A stretch of DNA of 64,000 bases from the NCBI GenBank assembly GCA_903844385.1, contig CAIMTJ010000092.1, positions 2,826-66,825 on the forward strand, read 5' to 3'. The translations under genes and the position numbers were made by a program. Below, piece by piece: positions 20,573 through 32,776 of this stretch (the first letter of the stretch is position 1; every line of letters begins with the position of its first letter). The DNA is from an uncultured Burkholderiales bacterium (GTDB taxonomy: Bacteria; Pseudomonadota; Gammaproteobacteria; Burkholderiales; Burkholderiaceae_C). Below the pieces are notes generated by a model. It searched no databases and was not told the DNA's origin. It saw only the letters and a program-made list of their open reading frames with translations.

Positions 20573-22483
20573 ATGCTCGCCCTCGCCCATCAAAACTTGC
20601 TCATCTTGGGACTTGGTGACTCCGGTCTGGCCATGGCCCGCTGGGGGGTGTTTTGTGGGGCCACTGTGTGGGTGGCGGACAACCGGCAAGAGCCCCCGCA
20701 GCTGCAGGCCTTGAGACAAGAAGTCCCACAAGCGCAGTTTGTGAGCGCAAGCCTGGACGAGCAGCTGCTCGCTTTGGCGCGCTTTGATGGTGTCTACAAA
20801 AGCCCCGGTCTGAGCCCCCAGAGTGTGCACGCCTTGTGGCTAGAGGCCCAAAGCCAAGGCCTGAAGACGGGCAATGAGTTGAGTCTTTTTGCCCAAGCGC
20901 TCAACGACTTAAAAGCGCGCGCTCAATACCAACCCGATGTGTTGGTCGTCACCGGCACCAACGGCAAGACCACCGTCACGAGCTTGTGCGCCCAGATGCT
21001 GCAAAAAGCCAAAAAACGCGTGGCCGTGGCTGGCAATATTGGCCCCACACTCTTGGGCACCTTGCTCACCTATTTGACGCCCGCTGATTTGGCTGCCTTG
21101 CGAGAGCGGCCCATGGTTGGCCTTGAGCCCAGCCGCGTAGGCCAGATCATGGCGGTGGGCGAGTCCTTGGGTGATGTGGCCCCTGTGCCCGCGACCACAG
21201 AGCTCGACGAGAGCGTGCACGCGCACAGCCCAGAGGCCATCGAGGACGATGAAGAACTCGCGCTCGAGCATGACGCTTGCGCAGACGACGCAACAAGCGA
21301 CACGCCAGACGCCGCACCCGATGCCACGCGACCAACACTGGCGTTAAGCCACCCAGGCTCAAGCGTCGTGGCAAGCGAGCCCGTGCTTGACGCCTGGCAA
21401 AGCGAGCTTGCTTGGCCAGAGGTGTGGGTTTTGGAGATTTCAAGCTTTCAAGCGCACGCGCTCACCGATTTCGAGCCCACCGCGGCGGTCATTCTCAACA
21501 TCACCGAAGACCATTTGGATTGGCATGCCGATATGCAGGCGTACCGCGCTGCCAAAGTGGGCCTGTTTGCTGCGCACACCTGTCGCATCATTCACCGTGG
21601 GGACCCCGATATCTGGGATTTGCGACCGAGTTTATCGGCCCAAGCCGCCTTGCTCAAACCCAACAGCGCGTTGGCGCGCGCTGCGCGTGAGGCTTTGCCG
21701 CGTTGGGTGTCGTACGCTGCCGATGTCCCTGAGCGTGCTGGCGACTTTGGACTCGAGCACAGCGGTGGGATGGTGTGGCTTGTGCGTTGCCCTGAAGCCG
21801 AAGTGGGCGTGAAGTTGGACGCTTCGAGCACGCAGGCTGTGCCCGTGCTTCGATTGATGCCCTTGGATGCGCTCAAAATCCGTGGGCCCCACAACGCCTT
21901 GAATGCCTTGGCGGCCTTGGCGCTGGCGAGCACAACGCGCGCACACATGGCGCCGTTGTTGCATGCCTTGAAGGACTATGGTGGTGAGCCGCACCGCATC
22001 CAGACCTTGCGCGTCTTGGACGGTGTGCAGTATGTCGACGACAGCAAAGGCACCAATGTGGCAGCAACTTGTGCGGCCTTGAGCGCCTTGGGGCAAGACG
22101 GTCCCGTGGTGGGGATTTTGGGCGGCGTGGGCAAGGGTCAAGACTTCTCGCCATTGCTCGGCCCCGTGGCCCAATATGTGCGCGCGGTGATCTTGATGGG
22201 AGAGGATGCCCCTTTGATCCAACAAGTGCTCGCGCCCCTGGGTAAGCCCATGGTCACAGTGCAAAGCATGGCGCAAGCGGTGTCTGTGGCCCAAGAGTGG
22301 GCGCGTGCAGGCGACGCGGTGCTGCTCTCGCCAGCTTGTGCCAGCTTTGACATGTTCAAAGATTACGAGCACCGTGCCCAGGTCTTCCAAGAAGCGGTGA
22401 ATCACTTGAGTGCCTCTGCCTCAGCGCCCGCTCCAGAACTTGCCCCTCAACCCCAGTTGACCCAGGAGGCTCACCATGGCTGA
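20573..22483 (+). CDS. murD: UDP-MurNAc-L-Ala--D-Glu ligase with large insertion
   Basis: [39 protein letters not shown]. Confidence 0.95.
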   Translation: MLALAHQNLLILGLGDSGLAMARWGVFCGATVWVADNRQEPPQLQALRQEVPQAQFVSASLDEQLLALARFDGVYKSPGLSPQSVHALWLEAQSQGLKTGNELSLFAQALNDLKARAQYQPDVLVVTGTNGKTTVTSLCAQMLQKAKKRVAVAGNIGPTLLGTLLTYLTPADLAALRERPMVGLEPSRVGQIMAVGESLGDVAPVPATTELDESVHAHSPEAIEDDEELALEHDACADDATSDTPDAAPDATRPTLALSHPGSSVVASEPVLDAWQSELAWPEVWVLEISSFQAHALTDFEPTAAVILNITEDHLDWHADMQAYRAAKVGLFAAHTCRIIHRGDPDIWDLRPSLSAQAALLKPNSALARAAREALPRWVSYAADVPERAGDFGLEHSGGMVWLVRCPEAEVGVKLDASSTQAVPVLRLMPLDALKIRGPHNALNALAALALASTTRAHMAPLLHALKDYGGEPHRIQTLRVLDGVQYVDDSKGTNVAATCAALSALGQDGPVVGILGGVGKGQDFSPLLGPVAQYVRAVILMGEDAPLIQQVLAPLGKPMVTVQSMAQAVSVAQEWARAGDAVLLSPACASFDMFKDYEHRAQVFQEAVNHLSASASAPAPELAPQPQLTQEAHHG

Positions 22484-23762
22484 GAGCGCAGTGGCCAGTG
22501 CTTGGGTGGCGCGATTGGCGTTTTGGCGCTCCAAGGATGCCCAGGGCCACGATTGGGGCGGCAGTGATGTGTTGCCCGTTCGCGTGCACGGTGTCCAATT
22601 CTCCGCCACCAGCTCCTACCCCGTGCAGGTCAAAGCGTTTGATCAACCCTTGCTGTTCGTGACCTTGGGGCTGATGATCTGGGGCCTCATCATGGTCTAT
22701 TCGGCCTCGATTGCGATGCCCGACAACCCCAAGTTTTCCCATTACGCGCAGACCCATTTCTTGGTGCGCCACTTGTTTGCCCTGGGCTTATCTTTGGTCG
22801 TGGGAGCGGGCGCATTTTTGGTGCCACTCCAAACTTGGGAAAAACATGCCAAGCAAATCTTTGTCGCCTCCATCGTGCTCTTGGTCTTGGTTGTGGTGCC
22901 TTTTTTGGGGCACGAGGTCAATGGCGCGAAGCGTTGGATATCGCTGGGGATCATGAATTTTCAGCCTTCTGAATTGGCCAAATTTGGGGTGCTGCTGTAT
23001 GCGGCGGACTATATGGTGAGAAAAATGGAGGTGAAGGAAAAGTTCTTCACCTCGGTCATTCCCATGGCGATTGCCGTGGCGGTGGTGGGCTGGTTGCTGC
23101 TCTTGGAGCCCGACATGGGTGCCTTCATGGTGATTGCGGTGATTGCCATGGGCATTTTGTTTTTGGGCGGGGTGAATGCTCGGATGTTCTTTTTGATTGC
23201 CCTGGTGGTGGTGGCGGTGTTTGCGTCGATCATCTATTTCTCTGACTGGCGGCGCGAGCGCATCTTTGCTTACCTCGATCCATGGAGTGTGAAGTACGCC
23301 ATGGGCAAAGGCTATCAGTTGTCGCACTCGCTCATCGCCATCGGTCGCGGTGAGATCTTTGGTGTGGGGCTGGGCGGGAGTGTGGAAAAACTCCATTGGT
23401 TGCCTGAAGCGCACACCGACTTTTTGTTGGCCGTGATTGGCGAGGAATTTGGCTTTGTGGGGGTGGTTGGTGTGATCGGTCTGTTCATGTGGCTCACGCG
23501 ACGCATCATGTACATCGGTCGACAAGCGATTGCCATGGACCAGGTGTTTGCGGGCCTATTTGCCCAAGGCGTCGGGATTTGGGTGGGGTTTCAATCCTTT
23601 ATCAATGTGGGGGTGAACTTGGGGGCGCTGCCGACCAAAGGCTTGACCCTGCCGCTCATGAGTTTTGGCGGATCGGCCATCCTTTTGAATGTGATCGCCA
23701 TTGCGGTGGTGATGCGGGTGGATTATGAAAACCGCATCAAAATGCACGGAGGGCGATTATGA
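22476..23762 (+). CDS. ftsW: Peptidoglycan polymerase FtsW
   Basis: [28 protein letters not shown]. Confidence 0.96.
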   Translation: MAESAVASAWVARLAFWRSKDAQGHDWGGSDVLPVRVHGVQFSATSSYPVQVKAFDQPLLFVTLGLMIWGLIMVYSASIAMPDNPKFSHYAQTHFLVRHLFALGLSLVVGAGAFLVPLQTWEKHAKQIFVASIVLLVLVVVPFLGHEVNGAKRWISLGIMNFQPSELAKFGVLLYAADYMVRKMEVKEKFFTSVIPMAIAVAVVGWLLLLEPDMGAFMVIAVIAMGILFLGGVNARMFFLIALVVVAVFASIIYFSDWRRERIFAYLDPWSVKYAMGKGYQLSHSLIAIGRGEIFGVGLGGSVEKLHWLPEAHTDFLLAVIGEEFGFVGVVGVIGLFMWLTRRIMYIGRQAIAMDQVFAGLFAQGVGIWVGFQSFINVGVNLGALPTKGLTLPLMSFGGSAILLNVIAIAVVMRVDYENRIKMHGGRL

Positions 23763-24883
23763 GCCCGATGAATCCGATTCACCCGATGCACCCGATGCGC
23801 ACGATCAGCCCCAAGGCCCTCATCATGGCCGGTGGCACCGGCGGGCATATCTTTCCGGGCCTGGCCTTGGCCAAGGCCTTGGGACAAGGCGGCTGGCAAG
23901 TCGATTGGCTGGGCACACCCGCACCAAGCATGGAGAGTGAATTGGTCCCCCAAGCGGGCGTTGCCTTTCACACCGTCTCCTTCAAAGGCGTGCGTGCCAA
24001 AGGCTGGCGCACCCAGATCCTGCTCCCCTTCAGGCTAGCCCAGGCCGTTCTTCAAAGTATCGGGGTGATTCGCCAGCTGCGACCCCAAGTGGTGATTGGA
24101 TTTGGTGGCTATGTGACCGCCCCCGGTGGAGTGGCGAGTTGGTTGTGTGGCAAACCGCTGGTTTTGCACGAACAAAACGCCGTGGCGGGCATGGCCAACC
24201 GCCTCTTGGCCTTGCTCACCTCCCGGGTCTATTGCGCTTTTCCCAAGGCCTTGGCCAAGGGTGAGTGGATTGGCAACCCGCTGCGCGAAGCCTTCCACAC
24301 ACAAGCCAGCCCTCAGGTGCGTTACGACGCATTCAGCGGCCCCTTGCGAGTCTTGGTGGTGGGGGGCAGTTTGGGCGCGCAAGCCTTGAATGAATTGGTC
24401 CCGGCCGCACTGGCGTTGATGCCAGCGTGCGAGCGTCCTTTGCTCACGCATCAAAGCGGGGCCAAACAAATCGAAGCCTTGAAGGCGCGCTACACGGCAC
24501 TGGGCTTGGCAGGCCAGGTGAGCGTCACCGCCTTCATTGATGACATGGCGGCAGAGATGGCGCGTGCTGATTTGATCATCTCCAGAGCCGGGGCGAGCAC
24601 CATCACCGAGATTGCCGCCGTTGGGGTGGCGTCGCTCTTGGTGCCTTTCCCCCACGCTGTGGATGATCACCAAACGCGCAATGCGCAATTTTTGGTGGAT
24701 TCGGGTGCGGCTTGGTTGATTCAGCAAGACGTCTTGACGCCCGATCGACTGGCCCAACTGCTGAGCGAGCTCACCCGAGCGAGTCTCGCGGCCATGGCGC
24801 AAAAAGCCCACGCGCAGCGACAAATGCAGGCCGTTCAAACCCTCACCCAAGCGTGTGAACACCTGGTGCAAAGGAGCGCATGA
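23759..24883 (+). CDS. murG: MurG glycosyltransferase
   Basis: GGTGGH, HEQN, GGSLGA, RAGAST, DHQTRNA. Confidence 0.97.
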   Translation: MSPMNPIHPMHPMRTISPKALIMAGGTGGHIFPGLALAKALGQGGWQVDWLGTPAPSMESELVPQAGVAFHTVSFKGVRAKGWRTQILLPFRLAQAVLQSIGVIRQLRPQVVIGFGGYVTAPGGVASWLCGKPLVLHEQNAVAGMANRLLALLTSRVYCAFPKALAKGEWIGNPLREAFHTQASPQVRYDAFSGPLRVLVVGGSLGAQALNELVPAALALMPACERPLLTHQSGAKQIEALKARYTALGLAGQVSVTAFIDDMAAEMARADLIISRAGASTITEIAAVGVASLLVPFPHAVDDHQTRNAQFLVDSGAAWLIQQDVLTPDRLAQLLSELTRASLAAMAQKAHAQRQMQAVQTLTQACEHLVQRSA

Positions 24884-26289
24884 AGCACGCCATCCATCAC
24901 ATTCATTTTGTCGGCCTCGGTGGTGCGGGCATGAGCGGCATTGCCGAGGTGTTGTTGAATTTGGGCTACGAAGTGTCGGGATCTGACTTGAACGATTCAG
25001 CCGCACTCAAGCGACTCGCCTCTTTGGGGGCCAAGACCTATATCGGGCACGCGCCTGAGCACCTGGCTGGCGCTGACGCCGTGGTGATTTCGTCGGCCGT
25101 GGCCGCGGACAATCCTGAGGTCATCCAAGCCCACGCCAAGCTCATCCCCGTGGTGCCCAGAGCTGTGATGCTCGCGGAGTTGATGCGCTTGAAAACCGGC
25201 ATCGCCATTGCCGGCACCCACGGCAAGACCACCACCACGAGTTTGGTCACGAGCGTCTTGGCCCAAGCGGGTTTGGACCCCACCTTTGTGATTGGGGGCC
25301 GACTCAAGAGCGCAGGTGCCAATGCCAAGCTCGGATCGGGCGAGTTCATCGTCGTCGAAGCGGATGAGTCCGATGCATCGTTTCTCAATTTACTGCCCAT
25401 CATGGCGGTGGTGACCAATATCGATGAAGACCACATGCAGACCTATGGGCATGATTTTGAGAAGCTCAAAGGCGCGTTCATCGAGTTTCTTCACCGCATG
25501 CCGTTTTACGGTGCCGCGGTGCTGTGTGTGGACGACCCCGCAGTTACCTCAATTTTGTCGTCGGTGAGTCGCCCCATCACCACCTATGGACTGAGTGCTG
25601 GTGCGCAAGTGCGCGCTGTGGATGTGGTGGCCGTGGGCACGCGCATGCAGTTCACCGTTTTGCGCAGCAACGGCATCACCTTGCCGAGTTTGGCCATCGA
25701 TTTGAACTTGCCCGGTCTGCACAACGTCAGAAACGCTTTGGCCGCCATTGCCATTGCGGTCGAGCTCAATATCCCAGACGAAGCCGTCAAAGCTGCGCTG
25801 CACAACTTCACAGGCGTGGACCGTCGATTCCAGCACCACGGACAAGTTCGGGCCAAGGGGGGGGGAAGTTTCACCCTGATTGAGGACTACGGGCACCATC
25901 CGGTGGAGTTGCGTGCCACGCTCGAGGCCGCTCGCGGCGCCTTTCCCAAAAGCCGCTTGTTGCTCGCGTTTCAGCCGCACCGCTACACCCGCACGCGCGA
26001 CTGTTTTGAAGACTTTGTGAGGGTGCTGCAACTGGCCGATTGGGTGTGCTTGACCCCCGTTTACGCGGCCGGTGAGGCGCCGATTGTGGCGGCCGATTCG
26101 CGCGCTTTGATGCGCAGTTTGCGCATCCAAGGCTTTGAGCAAGTGGCCTTGTCGAATTCGCTCGACGACATCAGTGAGCAGATGTTGGAGCTCGCCCGAG
26201 ACGGCGACGTGGTGATGTGCATGGGCGCGGGCTCGATCGGACAAGTGCCCGCCTTGATGTTGGCCCAAGTGGCCAAGGAGGCCGCATGA
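24880..26289 (+). CDS. murC: UDP-MurNAc--L-Ala ligase
   Basis: [34 protein letters not shown]. Confidence 0.97.
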   Translation: MKHAIHHIHFVGLGGAGMSGIAEVLLNLGYEVSGSDLNDSAALKRLASLGAKTYIGHAPEHLAGADAVVISSAVAADNPEVIQAHAKLIPVVPRAVMLAELMRLKTGIAIAGTHGKTTTTSLVTSVLAQAGLDPTFVIGGRLKSAGANAKLGSGEFIVVEADESDASFLNLLPIMAVVTNIDEDHMQTYGHDFEKLKGAFIEFLHRMPFYGAAVLCVDDPAVTSILSSVSRPITTYGLSAGAQVRAVDVVAVGTRMQFTVLRSNGITLPSLAIDLNLPGLHNVRNALAAIAIAVELNIPDEAVKAALHNFTGVDRRFQHHGQVRAKGGGSFTLIEDYGHHPVELRATLEAARGAFPKSRLLLAFQPHRYTRTRDCFEDFVRVLQLADWVCLTPVYAAGEAPIVAADSRALMRSLRIQGFEQVALSNSLDDISEQMLELARDGDVVMCMGAGSIGQVPALMLAQVAKEAA

Positions 26290-27380
26290 CGGTTCAACCG
26301 CAAGAGGTTTGGGCCCCCGGTCTTGGCCCTCAGGACAAGGTTGCCGTTCTCATGGGCGGCAAATCCATGGAGCGCGAAATCTCACTCTTGTCAGGACACG
26401 GCGTGCTCGCGGCCTTGCAGTCGGCTGGCGTGAAAGCGAGCGCCTTCGATCCCGCCCGCGAGCCTTTGCAAGCCTTGGTGAGCGAGGGCTACACCCATGC
26501 GTTCATTGCGCTGCATGGTCGCTTGGGCGAGGACGGTACCGTCCAAGGTGCACTGGAGGTGCTGGGCATTCCCTACACCGGCTCAGGGGTCATGGCCTCC
26601 GCGCTCGCGATGGACAAAGTGATGACCAAGCGGGTGTGGCAAGCCTTGGGACTGAGCACGCCAGACAGCGTGGTGCTGGGCGAGGCTGATTTTGACAGCC
26701 CTTTTGGTCAAGAGCTGCGAGTCTCCAAGGCCTTGCGTGAGCGGCTAGACGCGATTGGCGCGCAGTTGGGCTACCCCTTGATCGTCAAGCCCCCGCATGA
26801 GGGTTCTTCCATTGGGGTGAGCCGGGTGAGTGATGGGGCCGAATTTGAACGCGCGGTGATCAACGCTCGGCAGTATGACCCCCAGGTGCTGTGCGAGCAG
26901 TTCATCTCGGGTCTTGAGCTCACCTGCCCCTTGCTGGGCGAAGGCGTGCAGGCCTCGGCGCTGCCGGTGGTGCAGATCATGGCGCCTGAAGGGGACTACG
27001 ATTTTGAGAACAAATACTTCACCGATGCGGTGAAATACGCCTGCCCAAGTGGTTTGCCTCAGGCCGTTGAGCGCGAAGTCCAAGCATTGTCGCTGGCCGC
27101 CTACCAGGCCTTGGGTTGTCGCGGCTGGGGGCGCGCAGACTTGATGTGGTGCAACGAGCGGCGCAGGCCATTCTTACTGGAGATGAACACGTCTCCGGGC
27201 ATGACCAGCCACTCCTTGGTGCCGATGTCGGCCAAGGCTCAGGGGCTCAGTTATGAGGCCTTGTGCCTGAAGATCTTGAGCATGGCCAAGCTCGGCGCAC
27301 AGGCGGCCTCTCATCTGGCAAGCCCAGGCGAGCGGGCCCAACCCAGCGAGTCCGTGGGACTTGAGCGAGGTCGAGCATGA
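26286..27380 (+). CDS. ddl: D-Ala-D-Ala ligase
   Basis: GGxSxEREISL, [22 protein letters not shown]. Confidence 0.96.
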   Translation: MTVQPQEVWAPGLGPQDKVAVLMGGKSMEREISLLSGHGVLAALQSAGVKASAFDPAREPLQALVSEGYTHAFIALHGRLGEDGTVQGALEVLGIPYTGSGVMASALAMDKVMTKRVWQALGLSTPDSVVLGEADFDSPFGQELRVSKALRERLDAIGAQLGYPLIVKPPHEGSSIGVSRVSDGAEFERAVINARQYDPQVLCEQFISGLELTCPLLGEGVQASALPVVQIMAPEGDYDFENKYFTDAVKYACPSGLPQAVEREVQALSLAAYQALGCRGWGRADLMWCNERRRPFLLEMNTSPGMTSHSLVPMSAKAQGLSYEALCLKILSMAKLGAQAASHLASPGERAQPSESVGLERGRA

Positions 27381-28189
27381 CGCGTCACATTCGCACCCAT
27401 CGACCGCTCGAGGCCGAGCCCATTGCGCTTGATATCCGTCTCATGCAGTACATGACTCGCCTATTGCTGTCGGTTTTTGCCTTGATGGTGATGGGGGCCA
27501 TGGTCTGGGGCTTACTTCGCTTGCCCATGTTTTCCATCACCGCCATGACCTTGACGGGCGAGGTTGAGCACAACAATGCGGTCACCATTCGCGCCAATGT
27601 CACACCACAGATCCGAGGGAATTTTTTCACCGTCGATTTGCTGCGAGCTCAACAAACCTTCCAGTCCATTCCCTGGGTGAGAAAAGCAGTGGTCGAGCGA
27701 GAGTTCCCCAACCGCATTCGCGTCTCACTGCTAGAGCACAAGCCCGCCGCCTACTGGGGTCAAGAGGGGGAGGGCCGACTGCTCAATGAACAAGGCGAGG
27801 TCTTTGATGCCAATTGGGGAGAGGTCGATGATGAGCGACTGCCCAAGTTGCATGGGCCCGACAACCAGTCAACCTTGGTGCTGCAAGTGTTTGAGCAGGT
27901 GCGCCCGGAGTTTAAAAAAATGGGACTCGATGTGCGCGAGTTCAATTTGAGTGAGCGCGGCAGCTGGAGTGCGCGGCTCAGCAATGGGGGGGTGGTGGAA
28001 ATTGGGCGTGGGGAGACAGCCGAGATTGTCGCTCGCGTGAGCAACTTTACGAAAACCTTGCCCCAGGTGAGTGTTCGCTATGACCGACAAGTCAGTGCGT
28101 TGGAGTCTGCAGATTTACGCCACGATCATGGTTATGCCCTTCGCTTGAAGGGGATCACCACCGTGGACTCGCAAATGTTCAAGAGGTAA
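27377..28189 (+). CDS. ftsQ: Cell division protein FtsQ
   Basis: TM plus POTRA, PWV...REFP, DLRH..GYA. Confidence 0.92.
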   Translation: MTRHIRTHRPLEAEPIALDIRLMQYMTRLLLSVFALMVMGAMVWGLLRLPMFSITAMTLTGEVEHNNAVTIRANVTPQIRGNFFTVDLLRAQQTFQSIPWVRKAVVEREFPNRIRVSLLEHKPAAYWGQEGEGRLLNEQGEVFDANWGEVDDERLPKLHGPDNQSTLVLQVFEQVRPEFKKMGLDVREFNLSERGSWSARLSNGGVVEIGRGETAEIVARVSNFTKTLPQVSVRYDRQVSALESADLRHDHGYALRLKGITTVDSQMFKR

Positions 28190-28202
28190 GTCAGAGGTCA
28201 TT

Positions 28203-29432
28203 ATGGCAAAAGAGTACAAAGATTTGGTGATCGGTTTGGACATCGGTACGAGCAAAGTGATGGTGGTGGTGGCCGAGGTGCTCGCCGGCGGTGAGCTCAA
28301 AATAGCGGGACTGGGTGTGTCGCAAAGCAGTGGCTTAAAGCGTGGCGTGGTGGTCAATATCGATGCCACGGTGCAAAGCATTCAACAAGCCTTGAAAGAG
28401 GCGGAGTTGATGGCCGACTGCAAAATCACTCGGGTCTACACCGGCATCACGGGCAGTCACATTCGAGGCATCAATTCCAGTGGCATGGTCGCCGTCAAGG
28501 ACAGAGAGGTGACCGCACCCGATGTGGCGCGCGTGGTCGAGACCGCCAAGGCGATCAACATCTCCACCGACCAGCGGCTCTTGCTCGTTGAGCCGCAAGA
28601 GTTTGTGATCGATGGCCAAGATGTCAAAGAGCCCATTGGCATGAGTGGCATTCGTCTGGAAGCCAAAGTGCACATTGTGACCGGCGCCCAAAGTGCAGCA
28701 GAAAACATCATGAAGTGTGTGCGACGCTGCGGCTTGGATGTCGACATGCTCATGCTCAACCCCTTGGCCTCGAGTCGATCGGTGCTCACCAACGATGAAA
28801 AAGAATTGGGTGTGGCGCTGGTGGACATTGGTGCGGGCACCACCGATGTGGCGATTTTCACGGGCGGTGCCATTCGGCACACCGCGGTGATTCCGATTGC
28901 TGGGGACTTGATCACGAGCGACATTGCCATGGCGCTCAGAACGCCCACCAAAGACGCCGAGGACATCAAAGTCGAGTCGGGCTATGCCAAGCAGCTGCTC
29001 GCTGACCCCGAGGTTCAAGTCGAGGTGCCCGGTCTAGGAGACCGCGGACCGCGCATGCTCAGCCGACAAGCCCTGGCCGGTGTGATTGAGCCACGCGTGG
29101 AGGAGATTTACGCCTTGGTGCAGCAAGTCATTCGTGACTCGGGGTTTGAGGAGGTGCTCTCCTCGGGGATCGTGATCACGGGTGGATGTGCCTTGATGCC
29201 CGGCATGGTGGAGCTCGGCGAGGACATCTTCTTAAAGCCAGTTCGCCGAGGCGTGCCCAACTACGCCGGCGCCTTGGCCGACATGGTCTCGCAGCCGCGA
29301 GCCGCGACTGTGATGGGTTTGTTGGAAGAGGCCCGCATGGGGCGCTTGAGAGGATTCAAAGTGGCGCAAAAAAATGGCTCCATGAAGACCGCGTTTGGTG
29401 CGGTCAAAGACTGGTTTGTGGGGAACTTTTAA
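28203..29432 (+). CDS. ftsA: Cell division protein FtsA
   Basis: GLDIGTSK, DIGAGTT, C-terminal amphipathic KDWFVGNF. Confidence 0.97.
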   Translation: MAKEYKDLVIGLDIGTSKVMVVVAEVLAGGELKIAGLGVSQSSGLKRGVVVNIDATVQSIQQALKEAELMADCKITRVYTGITGSHIRGINSSGMVAVKDREVTAPDVARVVETAKAINISTDQRLLLVEPQEFVIDGQDVKEPIGMSGIRLEAKVHIVTGAQSAAENIMKCVRRCGLDVDMLMLNPLASSRSVLTNDEKELGVALVDIGAGTTDVAIFTGGAIRHTAVIPIAGDLITSDIAMALRTPTKDAEDIKVESGYAKQLLADPEVQVEVPGLGDRGPRMLSRQALAGVIEPRVEEIYALVQQVIRDSGFEEVLSSGIVITGGCALMPGMVELGEDIFLKPVRRGVPNYAGALADMVSQPRAATVMGLLEEARMGRLRGFKVAQKNGSMKTAFGAVKDWFVGNF

Positions 29433-29659
29433 TGAGCAAAGCCATGCAAGGTCAGTCTGCCACCCCCTTCGTTAAATTACACGGGGGAGTGCACTTGCCG
29501 CTCGCTCCACCAGGCTGCTTTGGCAGCGGATGAGCACCGGATGGAGTCGGGTGTGAAACATTCAAAACAATAAAAACAACAAGAAAAAAATAGAACAACA
29601 AATTGACAGACAACATCAAATCGAGCAACTGCAAAAAAACGTGAGAATGGGAGTTAACT

Positions 29660-31078
29660 ATGACGATAGAAATGATTGAAGTCCAAGAGTTCAATGCGGG
29701 CACCAAGATCAAAGTGATTGGTGTGGGTGGTGGTGGTGGCAACGCCGTCGAGCACATGATCAAAAGTGGTGTGAGGGGGGTGGAGTTCATTTGCGCCAAC
29801 ACCGATGCACAGGCTTTGAAATTGAGCTCGGCCGATAAAATCATCCAGCTTGGCAGCACCGGCTTGGGTGCTGGCAGCAAGCCTGAGCGCGGTCGTGAAG
29901 CGGCCGAGGCGGCCGTTGAGGACATCCGCGCGACCTTGGAGGGCTGCAATATGCTCTTTATCACGGCAGGCCTGGGCGGGGGCACCGGCACGGGTGCGGC
30001 GCCCGTGGTGGCCCGCGTTGCTCGCGAGATGGGCATCTTGACCGTGGGCGTGGTCACCAAGCCCTTTGAGTGGGAGGGTGGACGGCGCATGAGCCACGCT
30101 GAGGCGGGCTTGAATGAGCTTGAAGAAAACGTTGACTCCTTGATCATTGTGCTCAATGAAAAGTTGTTGCAAGTGTTTGGCGACGATGTCTCGCAAGATG
30201 CGGCTTTTGCGTTTGCCAACGATGTGCTGCGCAATTCGGTGGGCGGCATTGCCGAGATCATCAATGTGGAAGCCTTGGTGAACGTGGACTTTGAAGACGT
30301 GCGCACCGTCATGAGCGAGCAAGGCAAAGCGATGATGGGAACGGCCAGCGCCTGCGGCCCAGACCGTGCACGCATTGCTGCCGAGCAAGCCGTGGCGTGC
30401 CCGCTCCTGGAGGGCATTGACATGAGTGGCGCCAAAGGCGTGCTGGTGTTGATCACCGCTGCCAAGGGCGCGTTGAAGTTGTCCGAGTCGCGTGAAGCCA
30501 TGAATACCATCCGTGCCTATGCGTCCAACGATGCCCATGTGATTTACGGCACCGCTTATGACGACGCTTTGGGAGACGAAATCCGAGTGACCGTGGTGGC
30601 AACGGGCTTGTCGTCGCCTGGCAAGCGCCAAGCGCAAAATCTGCAGGTCATCCGCACCGGCACCGACAACGCTCCCCTGATGGTCCAGCCGCACTACACC
30701 CCGCACCCCATGCTCGCTCAGCCGCCTGCCATCTTGCCCCATGCCTTCGCACCGATGCCGCCCGCCCACAGCGCGCCAAGTACCGTGCAAGACATGCCCG
30801 TGCCCACGTTTTTGGCGCCCAGTGCGCCTGAGCCCTCGCAGGCGCCTCGCGCTGAGGTGCAAGTGAGCGCGCCAGCAGCCAGCATGACGCCCACTAGCCC
30901 ACCGCCAGCGAGCCAACCGGCGGCCAGAACGCCCGTGCAGCCCAATTACACCGACATGGCTGTCCCAAGCGTTTGGCGCACCAACCGCGTTCAAGCCGCG
31001 GCCAAGGTGGATGCTTTGGCCTCGGGTGGCATGGACGACTTTGAAATCCCCGCTTTTTTAAGAAAACAAGCGGATTGA
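29660..31078 (+). CDS. ftsZ: Cell division protein FtsZ
   Basis: GGGTGTG tubulin motif; C-terminal EIPAFLRKQAD. Confidence 0.98.
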   Translation: MTIEMIEVQEFNAGTKIKVIGVGGGGGNAVEHMIKSGVRGVEFICANTDAQALKLSSADKIIQLGSTGLGAGSKPERGREAAEAAVEDIRATLEGCNMLFITAGLGGGTGTGAAPVVARVAREMGILTVGVVTKPFEWEGGRRMSHAEAGLNELEENVDSLIIVLNEKLLQVFGDDVSQDAAFAFANDVLRNSVGGIAEIINVEALVNVDFEDVRTVMSEQGKAMMGTASACGPDRARIAAEQAVACPLLEGIDMSGAKGVLVLITAAKGALKLSESREAMNTIRAYASNDAHVIYGTAYDDALGDEIRVTVVATGLSSPGKRQAQNLQVIRTGTDNAPLMVQPHYTPHPMLAQPPAILPHAFAPMPPAHSAPSTVQDMPVPTFLAPSAPEPSQAPRAEVQVSAPAASMTPTSPPPASQPAARTPVQPNYTDMAVPSVWRTNRVQAAAKVDALASGGMDDFEIPAFLRKQAD

Positions 31079-31085
31079 GATCCTC

Positions 31086-31148
31086 CCTTGGCTGAGGTCT
31101 GGCAGCCCTTTGAGCGCCAGCGATTGGGCGCGTTTGTCTCAGCCAAGG
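31086..31148. other. Intergenic stem-loop between ftsZ and lpxC
   Basis: CCTTGGCTGAG (31086-31096) is the perfect inverse of CTCAGCCAAGG (31138-31148). Confidence 0.6.
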
Positions 31149-31179
31149 CTTCTCCCAAGGGCACTGGGGGGGGAGTAAA

Positions 31180-32112
31180 ATGGCGACTGTGTTAAAACAA
31201 AGAACCCTTCGTTCCATGACCCGCGCAGTGGGGGTCGGTCTTCACAGCGGTGAGCGTGTGGAGTTGGTCCTGCGCCCAGCGCAGGCCAACACCGGCATCG
31301 TGTTTCGCCGAATTGATTTGCCCCAACCGGTCGACATCGTCGTGAGAGCCTCCAGTGTGAGCGACACCCGACTGGCCTCGACCATCTCCAATGGTGACGT
31401 GAAGGTGCACACGATTGAGCATTTGATGTCGGCGCTCAGTGGTCTGGGGATTGACAATTTGTATGTGGACATCTCTGCCGAGGAGGTGCCGATTTTGGAT
31501 GGCTCAGCGGCTTCCTTTGTGTTTTTGCTCCAGTCTGCGGGCATTGAGCTGCAAAACGCGCCCAAGAAAATATTGCGTGTTTTAAAAGAAGTTCAAGTCC
31601 GCCATGGCTCAGGTGCGAGTGAGAAATGGGCCAGTCTCTCACCCTACCATGGGTTTCGTTTGAGTTTTGAGATTGATTTTCAGCACCCCGCGGTGGACTC
31701 GACCGGACAGCGGGTGGTCTTTGACATGGAGTCGGGTCGCTACGCGCAAGACATTGCTCGGGCCAGAACCTTTGGCTTTACCAAAGATGTGGAGATGATG
31801 CGCGCCAACGGCTTGGCCCTGGGTGGGGGTCTTGACAACGCCATCGTGATGGACGACTACCGCGTGCTCAATGCGGAGGGTTTGCGCTACGACGACGAGT
31901 TTGTCAAACACAAGATTCTTGACGCGATGGGGGACTTGTACATTCTGGGCAATCCCTTGATGGCCTCTTACAGTGCTTTTCGTTCAGGCCATGCCCTGAA
32001 CAATGAGTTGCTGCGCGCCTTGCTGGCCAGCCCCGAGTCCTATGAATGGGTGAGCTTTGAGGACGATAAAAAGGCCCCCAAAGGCTTGGCTGAACTGGCC
32101 AGTGCCTGGTGA
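31180..32112 (+). CDS. lpxC: UDP-3-O-acyl-GlcNAc deacetylase
   Basis: QRTL, TIEHL, ARTFG, HKILD. Confidence 0.97.
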   Translation: MATVLKQRTLRSMTRAVGVGLHSGERVELVLRPAQANTGIVFRRIDLPQPVDIVVRASSVSDTRLASTISNGDVKVHTIEHLMSALSGLGIDNLYVDISAEEVPILDGSAASFVFLLQSAGIELQNAPKKILRVLKEVQVRHGSGASEKWASLSPYHGFRLSFEIDFQHPAVDSTGQRVVFDMESGRYAQDIARARTFGFTKDVEMMRANGLALGGGLDNAIVMDDYRVLNAEGLRYDDEFVKHKILDAMGDLYILGNPLMASYSAFRSGHALNNELLRALLASPESYEWVSFEDDKKAPKGLAELASAW

Positions 32113-32227
32113 GAGTTGATGATGTTGGCGGCTTGACGCTGAAGACTTGAGTGAGCGGCTCAGGCCCAGAGGGGAGATCTTCAGGGAGAAGTTTTCAATA
32201 AGACCGAGTCGAGCCACCACGCCCGGC

Positions 32228-32776
32228 TCATCGACTGCGCCCTTTCTTGATGTGACCCGTGTTGCTCGCACTCAAGTGAGTGGCCAGTCCCGTGTGGGAC
32301 TGCACCCAAGCCACTTGGGCGTGGGTGATGGCCAGCCCCAAGGCGTCGGCCGCATCCGTGCCGGGTAAGCGGTCCAAGTTCAACAAGCGTTTGACCATTT
32401 CTTGCACCTGCGCTTTTTGTGCTTTGCCGTGCCCAGCGATGGATTTTTTCATCTGCAGTGCGGTGTATTCGGTCACGGGTAAGTCGTGATACACCAAGGC
32501 ACTCAAGCATGCCCCACGCGCTTGGCCAAGCAGCAAGCTCGACTTGGGGTTGTTGTTGACAAACACGATCTCAATGGCGCTTTGATCGACTTGGTACTGC
32601 TGAGCGACTTGGCTCACCCCATCAAAAATCGCTTTGATGCGCTGGGGCAAATCCTGGGTGGGCAAGTGGGTGGTTTTGATGGTGCCACTCGCCACATAGC
32701 GCAGGCGCTGGGCCTGGGCCTCGATCACCCCAAAGCCCGTGCATTGCAGCCCCGGATCAATGCCCAGGATCATCAT
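32228..32776 (-). CDS. ruvC: Holliday junction resolvase
   Basis: [20 protein letters not shown]. Confidence 0.96.
   Translation of the reverse strand: MMILGIDPGLQCTGFGVIEAQAQRLRYVASGTIKTTHLPTQDLPQRIKAIFDGVSQVAQQYQVDQSAIEIVFVNNNPKSSLLLGQARGACLSALVYHDLPVTEYTALQMKKSIAGHGKAQKAQVQEMVKRLLNLDRLPGTDAADALGLAITHAQVAWVQSHTGLATHLSASNTGHIKKGRSR

Noticed and set aside
21071-21410. Intein in MurD
   Set aside because: No Cys/Ser start with a His-Asn end; low-complexity acidic composition.
14239-30994. Long antisense ORFs across the dcw cluster (for example 14239-15597, 29654-30994)
   Set aside because: Expected shadows of GC-biased codon usage; no recognisable domains.
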